Source of the DNA: an uncultured delta proteobacterium
Lineage (GTDB): Bacteria; Desulfobacterota; Binatia; UBA9968
Direction of reading: 5' to 3'
Length of the DNA: 64,000 bases
Assembly (NCBI GenBank): GCA_963745835.1
Contig: CAVUZH010000018.1
Coordinates: 96,001 to 160,000 of the forward strand
The notes under the pieces were generated by a model that saw only the letters and a program-made list of their open reading frames with translations, had not been told where the DNA came from and made no database searches. Shown here one piece after another: positions 20,430-31,379 of this stretch. Numbering within the stretch: the stretch's first letter is position 1; every line of letters starts with the position of its first letter. Position numbers and translations under genes: made by a program.

Positions 20430-21458
20430 TTACTTCATCATCTCTGCATTGAGCTGATCTAACGCTTCGAGCGGAGGCTGAAGATCGGCCTGGGTTAGCT
20501 CCGACAAGGGAATGTCGCACAGGTTCAATTCCTCGGCGAATTCTTTCCGATGCGGGTTGTAGTAAATCAAACCGGTCAAGAATTTTCCTTCGGCGATGGC
20601 TGCATGAATCGCTTGTATCGCTTGCGCTTTGTTGGTTGGGTCATAGTCTTTGCCTAATTTGTGCAAGACAATCCGTGAGCCGTCGTGCAAAGACACTTCG
20701 TGATCAGTACCTTCATCATAGTCAGCTTCAATATTTTCAAGGGGAGGAATGAAGTCCAGGTCGTGAATGGGATCGAGGTGACCTTTGACATATTTGAGGC
20801 TCTTGGTCGACCCTTCGTGGTTGTTAAACGTCACGCACGGGCTGATGACGTCCAGAATGGCGCTTCCTTTGTGATGTAGAGAGCCTTGGACCAAAGGAGT
20901 TAACTGCTTGCGATCACCGGAGAAACTTCGCGCGACATAGGTCGCTCCGAGGGTGATTGCCAACTCCGCAAGATCGATCGCCGGTATGTCATTGACTTTG
21001 CCGCCCTTCATTACCGATCCGACATCAGCGGTGGCCGAAAACTGGCCTTTGGTCAGCCCGTAGACACCATTGTTCTCGATTATGTAGGTGATGTTAACGT
21101 TGCGTCGCATCATATGACAAAAATTTCCCAAGCCGATGGCCGAAGTATCGCCATCGCCGGATACGCCAATAGGCATCAGCGTGTGGTTTGCCAAATTAGC
21201 TCCGGTCGCCACCGCTGACATTCTGCCGTGTACGGCATTGAAACCAAACGATTGACTTAGAAAGTATGCCGGGGTCTTCGATGAACAACCGATGCCGCTT
21301 AACTTAACGACTTTTCTCGGATCGATGCTGCTTTCGTAATAAGCCCGTATCACCGATGCTGAGATCGCGTCATGACCGCAGCCGCGGCACATGGTAGATG
21401 GTGCGCCTTCATAGTCTTTTTCCGACAAATTAATACGATTGAGTTTCGCTTCTGCCAT
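20430..21458 (-). CDS. korB: 2-oxoacid:ferredoxin oxidoreductase beta subunit
   Basis: CRGCGH, SGIGCSSK, GDGD TPP-binding motif, NNGVYGLTKGQ. Confidence 0.93.
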   Translation of the reverse strand: MAEAKLNRINLSEKDYEGAPSTMCRGCGHDAISASVIRAYYESSIDPRKVVKLSGIGCSSKTPAYFLSQSFGFNAVHGRMSAVATGANLANHTLMPIGVSGDGDTSAIGLGNFCHMMRRNVNITYIIENNGVYGLTKGQFSATADVGSVMKGGKVNDIPAIDLAELAITLGATYVARSFSGDRKQLTPLVQGSLHHKGSAILDVISPCVTFNNHEGSTKSLKYVKGHLDPIHDLDFIPPLENIEADYDEGTDHEVSLHDGSRIVLHKLGKDYDPTNKAQAIQAIHAAIAEGKFLTGLIYYNPHRKEFAEELNLCDIPLSELTQADLQPPLEALDQLNAEMMK

Positions 21459-21479
21459 TTCTCTGTCCTTATTGTAAGA

Positions 21480-23306
21480 TTAAGCGGTTTTTGGCTGCGC
21501 CAACTGAGCGGCGTCAAAAATCTGTTTAACGACTTCACCGGCAGCCATGGGCAAGCCATTGTAAACAAGAATGCTTGTGAGCTTAGATCCTAGATCCGGA
21601 TTTTCATCTTTGATGATTGCTGCCATTTGACCGTCCCGGTTCTGCTCAACAAGATAGATGGTGTCATGTTCAACCAAAAAATCTCTAACCTCGCTGGTCA
21701 AGGGCAACGCACGGATCAACATATGGTTGGTTTTCAATCCTGCCGCCTTGAGCCGGTCACGCGCTTCGCGAACGGGTTCGTAGCTCGAACCATAACAAAT
21801 GATGCCGGTTTTAACGCCCCTTTCCTTTTCTACGATAGGTTTGGGAACAAACTTTCTGGCGGTCTCGAACTTCTTCCGTAGCCGGTCGAGAATATACTTA
21901 TAGTCGGTCTCATCCTCAGAATATCTCGCGTCGGCGTCGTGGCCAGAGCCTCGGGTAAAGTAAGATGCCATCCGATTCGGATTTCCCGGAACCGTTCTGT
22001 AAGGGATTCCATCGCCGTCTTGATCAAAGTAACGGCGAAACTTTTTACCGGCCTTTGACCATTCGTCCAGTTGCTCCGCGCTGAGCCGTTTGCCGTAATC
22101 AAAAGGCTCCGGCTGCAGTTTCAGCGGTTCAGACGGCCAGAGATTCATGCCCAAGTCTAGATCCATGGCGACAAAGATCGGTGTTTGAAATCGATCGGCG
22201 TAATTAAAACTCTGCCGGGCAAAATCGAAGCAAGAATTCATATCGTGGGGGATCAAAATCATATGGCGAGTGTCACCATGGGACGCCCCGTACATCAACG
22301 AGATATCGGCTTGCTGTGTTCGTGTCGGTAATCCGGTTGATGGACCTCCGCGCTGGACGATGAAGAATACGCAGGGAATTTCGGCGTAATAAGCCAGACC
22401 TATAGTCTCATTCATGAGCGAAAGCCCGGGTCCTGACGTGGACGTCATCGCCCGTGCCCCCGACCAACCGGCTCCGGCGATCATGCCAGCCGAAGCAATT
22501 TCGTCTTCGGCCTGGACAATCGCATAAGTCTTTTTACCGTCCTTGGGCTTACGTAGTTTCGGCAGGTAGAACTCCATTGCTTCGGCTAAAGAGCTAGACG
22601 GAGTAATCGGATACCAGCAGATGACCGAAGCCCCGCCGTAGATCGCGCCCAAGGCTGCGACCGTGTTACCCTCGGTAATAATTTTGCCCTTATTGCCGTT
22701 CGGTATCACCTCCAACCGAGCGATATTCTGCGAGAAGCCCTTCTCTTTCATATATTGATAGCCAGCATCGATACAGATGAGGTTGGATTCGATCACGGCG
22801 GGTTTTTTCCCGAAGGTGTCTTCGAGCACGGCTTTGATAACTTCCATGTCAATGCCAAACAGGTAGGCCAAGGCGCCGACATAAAGCATATTTCGCTGCT
22901 TTGCCCGCAGCGGCGAGGCGGGTACCAATTTGGCCACAAGCTTATTCGCCGGGAAGCCGACGTATTGCACGCCCTCTCGCTTTAATTGGGCCGGCAGCGC
23001 GTTGGAATCGTCGTAAAGAATCAAACCGCCGTCGCGCACCCGGTAAATGTCTTTCGCAGCCGTGGCATCGTTGAACATGACCATTACGTCGATGTCGTCT
23101 TTGCGGCTCAGGTAACCCTCTGCGGAAGCTCGAATCTGATACCACGTCGGTAAACCCTGTATGTTGGACGGAAACATGTTCTTTGATGAACAGGGTATGC
23201 CCATTTTAAAGATCGCTTTGAACAGAATATTGTTCGAGGAAGCACTCCCGGAACCGTTCTCAGTTGCGACACAGATATTAAGGTCATTGATAGATGGTGT
23301 CTCCAA
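21480..23306 (-). CDS. korA: 2-oxoacid:ferredoxin oxidoreductase alpha subunit (gamma-alpha fusion)
   Basis: YPITPSS, QAEDEIAS, TSGPGLSL and QRGGPSTGLPT motifs; TTG start with AGGAGG. Confidence 0.93.
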   Translation of the reverse strand: METPSINDLNICVATENGSGSASSNNILFKAIFKMGIPCSSKNMFPSNIQGLPTWYQIRASAEGYLSRKDDIDVMVMFNDATAAKDIYRVRDGGLILYDDSNALPAQLKREGVQYVGFPANKLVAKLVPASPLRAKQRNMLYVGALAYLFGIDMEVIKAVLEDTFGKKPAVIESNLICIDAGYQYMKEKGFSQNIARLEVIPNGNKGKIITEGNTVAALGAIYGGASVICWYPITPSSSLAEAMEFYLPKLRKPKDGKKTYAIVQAEDEIASAGMIAGAGWSGARAMTSTSGPGLSLMNETIGLAYYAEIPCVFFIVQRGGPSTGLPTRTQQADISLMYGASHGDTRHMILIPHDMNSCFDFARQSFNYADRFQTPIFVAMDLDLGMNLWPSEPLKLQPEPFDYGKRLSAEQLDEWSKAGKKFRRYFDQDGDGIPYRTVPGNPNRMASYFTRGSGHDADARYSEDETDYKYILDRLRKKFETARKFVPKPIVEKERGVKTGIICYGSSYEPVREARDRLKAAGLKTNHMLIRALPLTSEVRDFLVEHDTIYLVEQNRDGQMAAIIKDENPDLGSKLTSILVYNGLPMAAGEVVKQIFDAAQLAQPKTA

Positions 23307-23381
23307 AATGCAGCCTCCTTATACGCATTTGCAACTTTATAAGCGTATCATATTCGTGTGGAAAGACAACGTGTTAGGATC

Positions 23382-24242
23382 TTATCCGGGCGTATAATGA
23401 TCCTCTGATTGCCAAAAATTAGCGACCTCTTTCCAACTCTGGCGCACGTTTTCGTCGATATTAAACGCCCTTGCGTAACGGAGAACATCCGGCATAGAAA
23501 CAATCCCCAATAGCTCCTCGCGATCTCCTTTAACTGGCATATTGCGAATGTCCCGACGGTACATCTCCGCCAAAACATCGCCGATGTGAGTGGTTCGTGG
23601 CATAGAGATCACGGGCGCCGTCATGACTTCGCGCACCGGAGTTTTGGTGATGTCTGGTACTTTATTGATCACTCGCTTCAGTAGGTCACGCTCGGTGAAG
23701 ATTCCTTTAGGTCGTTGCTCTTGCGTCACCACCACTGCGCTTGAGTTTTTGTTCATCATAAGTTCGGTGCTTTCGGAAATTGAGCGCCCCTCGTCAACAG
23801 TCAGGACCTGACCCGACATGATTTCTCCAACCGTTCGAGTTTCACTGAGACCTTGCCCTAGCTCCACCGCAATCTTCAAGATACGCCGCATAGAAACAAT
23901 GCCAACGATAGTTCCACGTCTTCCGCGCACGAGGAGATGCCGAAAATTGCCCTGATACATCCTGCCGAGAGCCTCGAGAATATGAGTTTCCTCTGCAACG
24001 GCTTGAATCGGCGACGTCATGACCTCTCGAATGCTGGTCTGCTGCAAATCGATTCCCTTATTAGCGACTCGCTTCAACACATCCTTTTCGGTAAATATTC
24101 CTACCGGAACGTCAGCGTCGGTGATGATCACCCGACCGATGTCAGCAGTCACCATGATTTCAACGACCCGAAAAATCGTTTCAGTGATTCTCGCAGAACT
24201 CAATTGTGTGGTCATAATTTCTTTGACCTGATTACTAAGCAT
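23382..24242 (-). CDS. Tandem CBS-domain protein (two Bateman modules)
   Basis: Internal duplication GIFTEKD/GIFTERD, REVMT twice, GIVSM twice; AGGAGG RBS. Confidence 0.9.
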   Translation of the reverse strand: MLSNQVKEIMTTQLSSARITETIFRVVEIMVTADIGRVIITDADVPVGIFTEKDVLKRVANKGIDLQQTSIREVMTSPIQAVAEETHILEALGRMYQGNFRHLLVRGRRGTIVGIVSMRRILKIAVELGQGLSETRTVGEIMSGQVLTVDEGRSISESTELMMNKNSSAVVVTQEQRPKGIFTERDLLKRVINKVPDITKTPVREVMTAPVISMPRTTHIGDVLAEMYRRDIRNMPVKGDREELLGIVSMPDVLRYARAFNIDENVRQSWKEVANFWQSEDHYTPG

Positions 24243-24433
24243 AGCGCACCTCCTCGTGTATAGATGAGAGTTGCTACGATGAGCTTATGATCCTGCTGGG
24301 CAATATAACACTTCTTTGCCGTTTGCAGCATCATGATTGAGAGTTAAGTGGTATCCTCGTTTAAAGGCATAGGATTGCGACTGGATATCGGAGCATGTTA
24401 GATTCATTCCATTCCCAGGGAGGCAAGAAGATC

Positions 24434-24748
24434 ATGAGCCGCAGGGAAACCGAATCGGATCACGGCCTAATTACCGAGACCAAAAAAAAGTTAAAAAAGC
24501 CCCCCCTCTATAAAGTTTTGCTGCACAACGATGACTATACTACAAAGGAATTCGTGGTGCAGGTCCTCCAGTATGTTTTCCATAAAGAATCGACAGAGGC
24601 CGTCCAAATCATGCTCCACGTTCATAAGAAAGGTATTGGGGTGGCGGGAGTTTACACTTACGAAATCGCCGAAACCAAGGTTACTCTGGTCGAGAATTTG
24701 GCGCGTCAGCATGAGTACCCGCTGAAGTGCACGATGGAAGAGGCTTAA
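24434..24748 (+). CDS. clpS: ATP-dependent Clp protease adaptor
   Basis: YKVLLHNDDYT and MLHVHKKG motifs; immediately before clpA. Confidence 0.97.
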   Translation: MSRRETESDHGLITETKKKLKKPPLYKVLLHNDDYTTKEFVVQVLQYVFHKESTEAVQIMLHVHKKGIGVAGVYTYEIAETKVTLVENLARQHEYPLKCTMEEA

Positions 24749-24749
24749 T

Positions 24750-26999
24750 ATGATCAGTAAGGAATTAGAGAGCACTCTCAATATCGCATTGAAAGAAGCT
24801 AAACGGCGCAGGCACGAATACGTCTCTTTGGAGCATCTGCTTTATGCCTTGCTGCAGGACAAGGATGCCAGTCGAGCCATCATCAATTGCGGCGGTGATA
24901 TCGATCGGCTCAGGAAATCGCTGGACGAGTTTTTCAACGGACAAATGGATGCTCTCCCGGAAGGCGTGGACCAAGAGCCGCACCAAACGCTCGGCTTTCA
25001 CCGGATTTTGCAGAGAGCGGTTATCCATGCTCAATCGGCTGAGAAAAAGGAAATCAACGGGGGCAACCTACTGATCGCAATGTTCCGTGAACCGGATTCT
25101 TATGCCGTTTATCTACTGGAGGAGCAAGGGATTACCCGCTTCGATGTTGTCAACTACGTTTCTCACGGGATATCCAAGACCGCAGCAGAAGAACCGGCGC
25201 AAACTGAAGAGGAGCAGGGAGAAGAAGAGAAACCAGGCAAGCGACAGAACCCGTTGAAAGCTTTCGCTGTGGACCTGGTCGAGAAAGCGCGTCAGGGAAA
25301 TATTGATCCCTTAATCGGCCGCGACGACGAAATCGAACGCACGATTCATGTGCTATGCCGGCGTCGCAAGAATAACCCCATTTACGTCGGTGATCCCGGT
25401 GTTGGTAAGACAGCCCTCGCGGAAGGTCTGGCTTTGAAGATTCACGCCGGGGAAGTCCCGGAGACGCTGAAAACCGCCGTTATCTATTCCCTAGACATGG
25501 GTGCCTTATTGGCGGGTACGAAATTCCGCGGCGATTTTGAGGCGCGGTTGAAAGGCGTTCTGACGGGTTTGAAAAAGCAGCCCAATTCCATTCTCTTCAT
25601 CGATGAAATCCACACTATAGTCGGGGCCGGTGCAACCAGCGGCGGCTCAATGGACGCTTCCAACATTCTCAAGCCTGCGCTGGCCTCCGGAGAACTTCGC
25701 TGTATTGGTTCAACTACGTACCATGATTATAAAAGCTATTTTGAGCGCGACCGAGCGCTGGCACGGCGGTTTCAAAAAATCGAAATCCCGGAGCCGAGCC
25801 AAGAAGAAGCATTTAAAATTCTCGAAGGCTTAAAGCCGCATTATGAAAAGCATCATGGTGTTCACTACAGCACAGCGGCCATTCGATCTGCAGTTCAGCT
25901 TTCGGCCAAGCACATCAATGACCGGCGTTTGCCGGATAAAGCCATCGACGTCATCGACGAAGTCGGCGCCGCCGTCAAGATTCTTCCAGTTGAGAAGCGC
26001 AAGAAGACGATCAGCCCCAGGGATATCGAGAAGATCGTAGCTAAAATCGCCAAGATCCCGCCGCGCAGTGTATCAACGTCCGATAAGGATCAATTGCAGA
26101 ACTTGGAACGTGATTTAAAGCTGGTGGTCTTTGGTCAAGATACAGCAATCGAAATGCTCGCTAGCACGATCAAGTTGTCACGCTCCGGTTTGGGGCATCC
26201 GGAAAAGCCGATCGGGTGTTTTTTGTTTGCCGGACCCACTGGTGTGGGAAAAACCGAAGTCGCCAAACAGCTTGCCCTTACGATGGGAATAGAGTTTATC
26301 CGCTTCGATATGAGCGAATACATGGAGAAGCACACCGTGTCTCGCCTGATCGGCGCCCCTCCCGGTTATGTCGGATTCGATCAGGGCGGACTTCTGACGG
26401 ATGCGATTAATCGAAATCCGTACGCAGTTTTGTTGCTCGATGAAATCGAAAAAGCGCATCCTGATTTGTTCAACATTCTGCTTCAGGTAATGGATCATGC
26501 TGCCCTTACAGACAACAATGGCAAAAAGGCTGATTTTCGTAACATCATTTTGATAATGACCACTAACGCTGGGGCTCGCGAAATGAGTGGCTCACCACTG
26601 GGTTTCGGGGAACGGTCGAATGCCGGCAAGGGAAAAGAAGCAGTCGAAAAGATGTTTAGCCCCGAGTTCCGTAACCGGTTGGACGCGATGATTAGTTTTA
26701 ACTCGTTGAACCGGGAAAATATCGAGCGAGTGGTCGATAAGTTTATCATTGAACTGGATCATCAGCTCAACGATAGGAAAGTGTTCTTGAGTCTCACGAC
26801 GGCCGCCCGGCGCTGGTTCGCGGACAGAGGCTACGATCCAGCCTTTGGTGCGCGGCCAATGGCAAGATTGATTCAAAACGAGATCAAACGTGTCTTGGCG
26901 GACGAGATCTTGTTCGGTAAGCTCCAAAACGGCGGCAAGGTTGAGGTTGATGAGACTGATGGCAAGCTGACGTTTACATATTCTCCTCTGAGCACATAG
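24750..26999 (+). CDS. clpA: ATP-dependent Clp protease ATP-binding subunit
   Basis: Two AAA modules ([16 protein letters not shown]), no M domain, 749 aa, follows clpS. Confidence 0.97.
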   Translation: MISKELESTLNIALKEAKRRRHEYVSLEHLLYALLQDKDASRAIINCGGDIDRLRKSLDEFFNGQMDALPEGVDQEPHQTLGFHRILQRAVIHAQSAEKKEINGGNLLIAMFREPDSYAVYLLEEQGITRFDVVNYVSHGISKTAAEEPAQTEEEQGEEEKPGKRQNPLKAFAVDLVEKARQGNIDPLIGRDDEIERTIHVLCRRRKNNPIYVGDPGVGKTALAEGLALKIHAGEVPETLKTAVIYSLDMGALLAGTKFRGDFEARLKGVLTGLKKQPNSILFIDEIHTIVGAGATSGGSMDASNILKPALASGELRCIGSTTYHDYKSYFERDRALARRFQKIEIPEPSQEEAFKILEGLKPHYEKHHGVHYSTAAIRSAVQLSAKHINDRRLPDKAIDVIDEVGAAVKILPVEKRKKTISPRDIEKIVAKIAKIPPRSVSTSDKDQLQNLERDLKLVVFGQDTAIEMLASTIKLSRSGLGHPEKPIGCFLFAGPTGVGKTEVAKQLALTMGIEFIRFDMSEYMEKHTVSRLIGAPPGYVGFDQGGLLTDAINRNPYAVLLLDEIEKAHPDLFNILLQVMDHAALTDNNGKKADFRNIILIMTTNAGAREMSGSPLGFGERSNAGKGKEAVEKMFSPEFRNRLDAMISFNSLNRENIERVVDKFIIELDHQLNDRKVFLSLTTAARRWFADRGYDPAFGARPMARLIQNEIKRVLADEILFGKLQNGGKVEVDETDGKLTFTYSPLST

Positions 27000-27049
27000 A
27001 GGTCGTTGAGCAGCCGCACCACGCGGCTGCTTGATTCGCACCCGCCCCG

Positions 27050-28314
27050 ATGTCCAACCTTATCATCGGCATTTTTCTTGTGCTTTTCACTCTAGAGTTT
27101 GTCGTTGAGTTCATCCTCAATGAGCTCAACATTCGCCAGGTCCGGAAGAGTAGAGCGGCGCACGCGGTCCCGGAATTTTTTCAAGAGAAAATCAGCAAGG
27201 ACGACTACGAGCAATCCGCTCGTTATACATTGGCCAAATCTCGCTTCCAACGCTGGTCGGAGGTTTATGGCCGTACCGTGATTTTGTTTCTACTATTCGG
27301 TGGGCTCCTGCCGTTTTTAGAAAACTTGATCATCGCGATGCTGCCTCAGAGTCTAGCTAACAGCCTTATAAGGGGCGTGCTCTTCTGCCTTGGTGTCGGC
27401 GTGATATTTTCACTGGCCAGTCTTCCCATCGATCTTTATTCCACGTTTGGTATTGAAAGTCGATTCGGTTTCAATAAGACGACTCTGTCACTTTATTTTT
27501 CAGATAAGTTAAAAGGACTGATTCTGGGAATTATGATTGGCGGGCCTTTTTTATATGTTGTGCTCTGGCTGATGCAAGCAACCGGCGAATACTGGTGGAT
27601 CTGGGCATTTGTTTTCATCACCTTCTTCCAGCTCCTGATGATCATAATTGTTCCAACTTTTATCGCCCCCTGGTTCAACAAGTTTGAACCGTTGGCCAAC
27701 GGAGAGCTGCGCGATCGGATACTGGCGCTGGCAAACCAGATCGGTTTCAATCAAGCGGTATTTTTTTAATGGACGGTTCGAAACGTTCAGCTCATTCGAA
27801 CGCGTACTTCACCGGGATCGGCGGGGCCAAACGGATTGTACTTTTTGATACCTTAGTTGAACAGATGACCATCGAACAGGGACTTGCGGTGTTGGCGCAT
27901 GAGATGGGGCACTACAAAATGAAACACATTCGCCGGATGATGCTTGTGCAGAGTGTGATTCTATTCGTCGGCTTATATATTCTCAGTCGGCTGGTGAATT
28001 ACCACCCGGTGTTTTCTGCGTTTGACTTACAACCGTCAAATCATGCAGCGTTAGTCCTCTTCAGTCTGCTTTCAGGGCCATTAACTTTTTACCTTGCACC
28101 ATTAGTGAATCTCTTGTCGCGCAAACACGAGTACGAGGCCGATCGTTTTGCGGTAATCACGTTGGGCAACGGCAAGCCGATGGAAGAAGCACTGATCAAT
28201 CTAACGGTAAAAAATTTGTCGAACCTGACGCCGCATCCATGGTATTCGGCTTATCACTACTCGCACCCGACCCCGACAGAGCGAATTGGCGCGATTCGAC
28301 GAATCACGATCTAG
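27050..28314 (+). CDS. M48 family (Ste24-like) zinc metallopeptidase, split by one frameshift near 27748
   Basis: N-terminal TM half (27050-27769) plus DGSKRSAHSNAYFTG, HEMGH and EYEAD (27769-28314); adding one base restores GFKSSGIFLMDGSKRS. Confidence 0.9.
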
Positions 28315-28850
28315 CAAGCTTCAGATGCACCGCAGCACGCAAAGGCGCCGGCAGTCGGGGACTAGTGACAAACTAATGGATAGACAGAGTTTATCACGAG
28401 CTTTCCCGAGTCCCCTGCGAAAGAATGCGAGCAACTCTGCTGGATTCCAGCCTTGCGCGCAATTATGGCGTCCTAACATACAAAATATTTGACTGCTGAA
28501 GAGAGTTTCGTGTACCTTTAGCGCCCATACAGCTAGTTGAGGGGACTAGTTAACGGCGCCACCTCAACGCCTTATTTCGTTCGTATCTCTGGTGCGGTCT
28601 ACCAACCCTTTCTAATTTCGTGCTGGCACAGCCCATGAGGAACGCTCAATAAGTGAACCGATTGTCTGGCAGCGATGAACGAACTGAGGCTGCTTTCTAC
28701 TCGAAATCCTCGGTAATGGCTGTAGCTTTCTTGAGCCTATTTATCGAACGGGCGACCTTCTCTCGAGGAGGAGCTGCTTCAATTACCCGGTGAGCTCCAA
28801 GGAGTAGAGAGAGCCTGGCAGAGGAGCTTGAGTCTGAATCGATCGAAATA

Positions 28851-29355
28851 ATCCGCCTTTCCGGGTCAGGCAAGTCGACAATCGCCAATCTATTGGAGAA
28901 ACGTTTCCATGCGGAAGGCAAGCACACCTATATCTTGGACGGTGACAATGTTCGCCACGGGCTCAATCGGGATTTGGGCTTCACCGAGGCGGACCGAGTC
29001 GAAAACATTCGCCGAGTGGCAGAGGTCGCGAAACTGTTGGTCGATGCGGGACTGATCGTCATAGTCGCCTTCATTTCGCCATTCCGTGCGGAGCGACAAC
29101 TGGCGCGCAGCCTTTTCGATCCCGGAGAATTTATCGAAGTGTTTGTCGATACTCCTTTGGAGGAATGCGAGCGCCGTGACCGAAGGGACTATATGCGAAA
29201 GCCAGGTGCGGCGAGTTGAAGAACTTTACTGGCGTAGACAGCGACTTATGAGCCACCTGAAGTTGCCGGATATTCATTTGCAAACTAACGGACTCTCACC
29301 TGAAACTTGCGTTATTGAAATCATCAAGAATGTTATAGCGAAAGCATTTACTTAA
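28851..29355 (+). pseudogene. cysC: Adenylyl-sulfate (APS) kinase domain, 5'-truncated and frameshifted
   Basis: [32 protein letters not shown], then DPKGLY/KNFTG in shifted frames; in-frame TGA at 28791 and no clean start before the P-loop. Confidence 0.8.
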
Positions 29356-29445
29356 AATGAAATGAGCAAGCGTTCAATGCATGATCGGAAAAGGGCTGTG
29401 GGCTGCAAGTGGACTTGTGATCGCAGCGGTTAAGTTGGAAGAGCT

Positions 29446-30030
29446 ATGGGGATTGTACCTATTTATGTGTGGACTCATCTGCCAACCGCCGATAATAGAG
29501 ATGGCTTGGTTGCGCGATCCGAGCAGTCCGTGCTGCCGCAAGTCCTTGATCAACGGAGGACAAAGTTCCAGCAGTTGCAAGAACAAGATCCTTACCTTTT
29601 GGATAAGCTTGTTAAACTGTTTCGTATCTTTAAAGCTGTTTACTGCCCCTCAAGCCCAAGGCACATCGAATCGGCAACACTGATTGGTGAGTTCTTCCAA
29701 CTGCCAGCGCCCATTCCGGATGCGCGTTTGAATGCCGTCGACTACGGAACTTTCAAGGGACAACCGCTATCGGCGATGAAACCACCGCATAACTATGTCG
29801 AAATCGCTTACCCAAGTGGTGAGAGTTGGCTTCAATGTCTCGGTCGCTGGCGATCGTTTTTTGAGGAAGTGCTCCCAAAATATAATGGCAAACCGGTACT
29901 CCTTTCTGGACAGACGAGAGCAGCCATCCGAATGTGCGCTCATTTATGCGATGGGATGGAACTATACCAAGCAGTCGATCTTGAAGTTGACGATCCGAAT
30001 GTTCCTTGGGTTTATTTCTACAGATATTAA
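29446..30030 (+). CDS. Histidine phosphatase (phosphoglycerate mutase-like) fold protein, divergent
   Basis: WTH at the RHG position, TADN..G, VYCPSSPRHIESA, DARLNAVDYGTFKG and YPSGESW, in the family order. Confidence 0.65.
   Translation: MGIVPIYVWTHLPTADNRDGLVARSEQSVLPQVLDQRRTKFQQLQEQDPYLLDKLVKLFRIFKAVYCPSSPRHIESATLIGEFFQLPAPIPDARLNAVDYGTFKGQPLSAMKPPHNYVEIAYPSGESWLQCLGRWRSFFEEVLPKYNGKPVLLSGQTRAAIRMCAHLCDGMELYQAVDLEVDDPNVPWVYFYRY
29500..29601 (+). repeat. Copy 1 of a 34-codon segment shared with 30539-30640
   Basis: DGLVARSEQSVLPQVLDQRRTKFQQLQEQDPYLL. Confidence 0.85.
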
Positions 30031-30487
30031 ACGCGTAAAATTTCCCGTTCCGTGATGTGCCGCCTTTTAGTAGATTGAACAGTGACCTGCCTTGATCGAT
30101 CGTTAACGGAGGTACAGCCTTTTTCTCATTTTTCCCGCTTCAGCTGATCCATACTTGCACTGGCCTCCGGAATCTCATTTTGACGTAGTTGTTTGCATTA
30201 CTTGACAAACCTTATCATTTGTGAGCTATTGTAGCGCACTCAGAATTCCAAAAAAGGAGTGCCATCATTCCCCAAAAGTTTCTAATTAGCCGGAATAGCC
30301 ACGTTTGCGGTTAATCAAGGACGGCAAGTCGCACATTTATTTTAAACGTTGTCATTCCTGGACATTTGCCAGCGGCCGAGAAAAGCAGCGATCGTAAGTT
30401 CCTCAAAAGTTTGTGTACCGATAGTTCGATCCCCAATTGCCTAGCAGGAAAGTAAGATAGAACCATTATCATCAGTACGGAACACAT

Positions 30488-31379
30488 ATGAGAATCAATC
30501 CCAAGGGGACGAATGGTCCTTCACGTGTTAACAAACCGGACGGGCTGATGGCCCGGTCAGAGTTGCCGTTGCTCTCGATTGACATAAAGGAACGTAGGAA
30601 TCAATTCCAGCAGCTGCAAGATCAAGATTCTTTCCACTTAAGGATTAGGATTAGATTCGCGAGTTTTGATTATCGAAGGAATCTCCGGGTCTGGTAAGGA
30701 TACGTTTCAGACTTTTCTAAAAAATAAGCTGAAGGACCGAGACGTGTATGACTATTCTGAGGGCGAGCTATTGCATTCGTGGAAGCAGTTTCCGATTGAG
30801 GGCATTTTGGAATTACGAGTTAAGTTCATGAAACTTTTTGTGAACTATGTAAGAGATATTATTAGTCGAGATGAGAGCGCCGTTTTTCTTTTGAACAGGT
30901 TCCATTTGTCTACGTATGCATGGACAATTATCCAAAAAAAAAAATTGGAAGAAAATACGGTGAGATCGTCAGGTTCCTGAGACTGCTCCTGTTCATGTCT
31001 TTATTTTGCAAGAGGAAGAAAATGAGATTGAGAAGAGAAGCTTGATGAGAAAACTAGTGCATGGCGGAAGTTTCAAAGACAGAGGGTGGAGAATTATAGC
31101 TTTTGCGAGAGATTGAAGAGACAACAAAAATTAATTCTAGACGCAGCACGGAAACAACACATCCCCTACTCTATAATAAAGCTTACTCCCTACGAAGCCG
31201 AAATAGGAGACGCACAGATTCGTATCTCTAGAGCCTCGGATGTTTTTCATCGCGGTGTGCAGATAGATTCTGCAGATACAAGATTTATCTCAGCAAAAGT
31301 AACGTCTACCTCAAACGATTCAAGAGGAAGAACTAAAGCGATCTCAGCAAATTGTAGTGATAAGGAAGCCGCGAAATGA
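30488..31379 (+). CDS. P-loop nucleotide kinase-like protein (thymidylate-kinase-like), several frameshifts
   Basis: Fragments 30488-30697, 30666-30980 and 31086-31379; LIIEGISGSGKDT P-loop and FLLNRFHLSTY (like TMPK DRY..ST); stop overlaps the next start (ATGA). Confidence 0.65.
30539..30640 (+). repeat. Copy 2 of the shared 34-codon segment
   Basis: DGLMARSELPLLSIDIKERRNQFQQLQDQDSFHL; 18 of 34 residues identical to copy 1, no gaps. Confidence 0.85.

Noticed and set aside
27008-27033. GC hairpin GAGCAGCCGC/GCGGCTGCTT after clpA
   Set aside because: No U-tract and a single copy; not called a terminator or repeat family
27740-27775. Programmed -1 frameshift at the T7 run in the Ste24-like gene
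   Set aside because: A one-base loss about 12 nt earlier restores the more family-like GFKSSGIF, and similar indels are common in this window
28716-28850. Selenocysteine readthrough of TGA 28791 into cysC
   Set aside because: Upstream peptide is not CysC-like, the site is not a Cys position and no SECIS is evident
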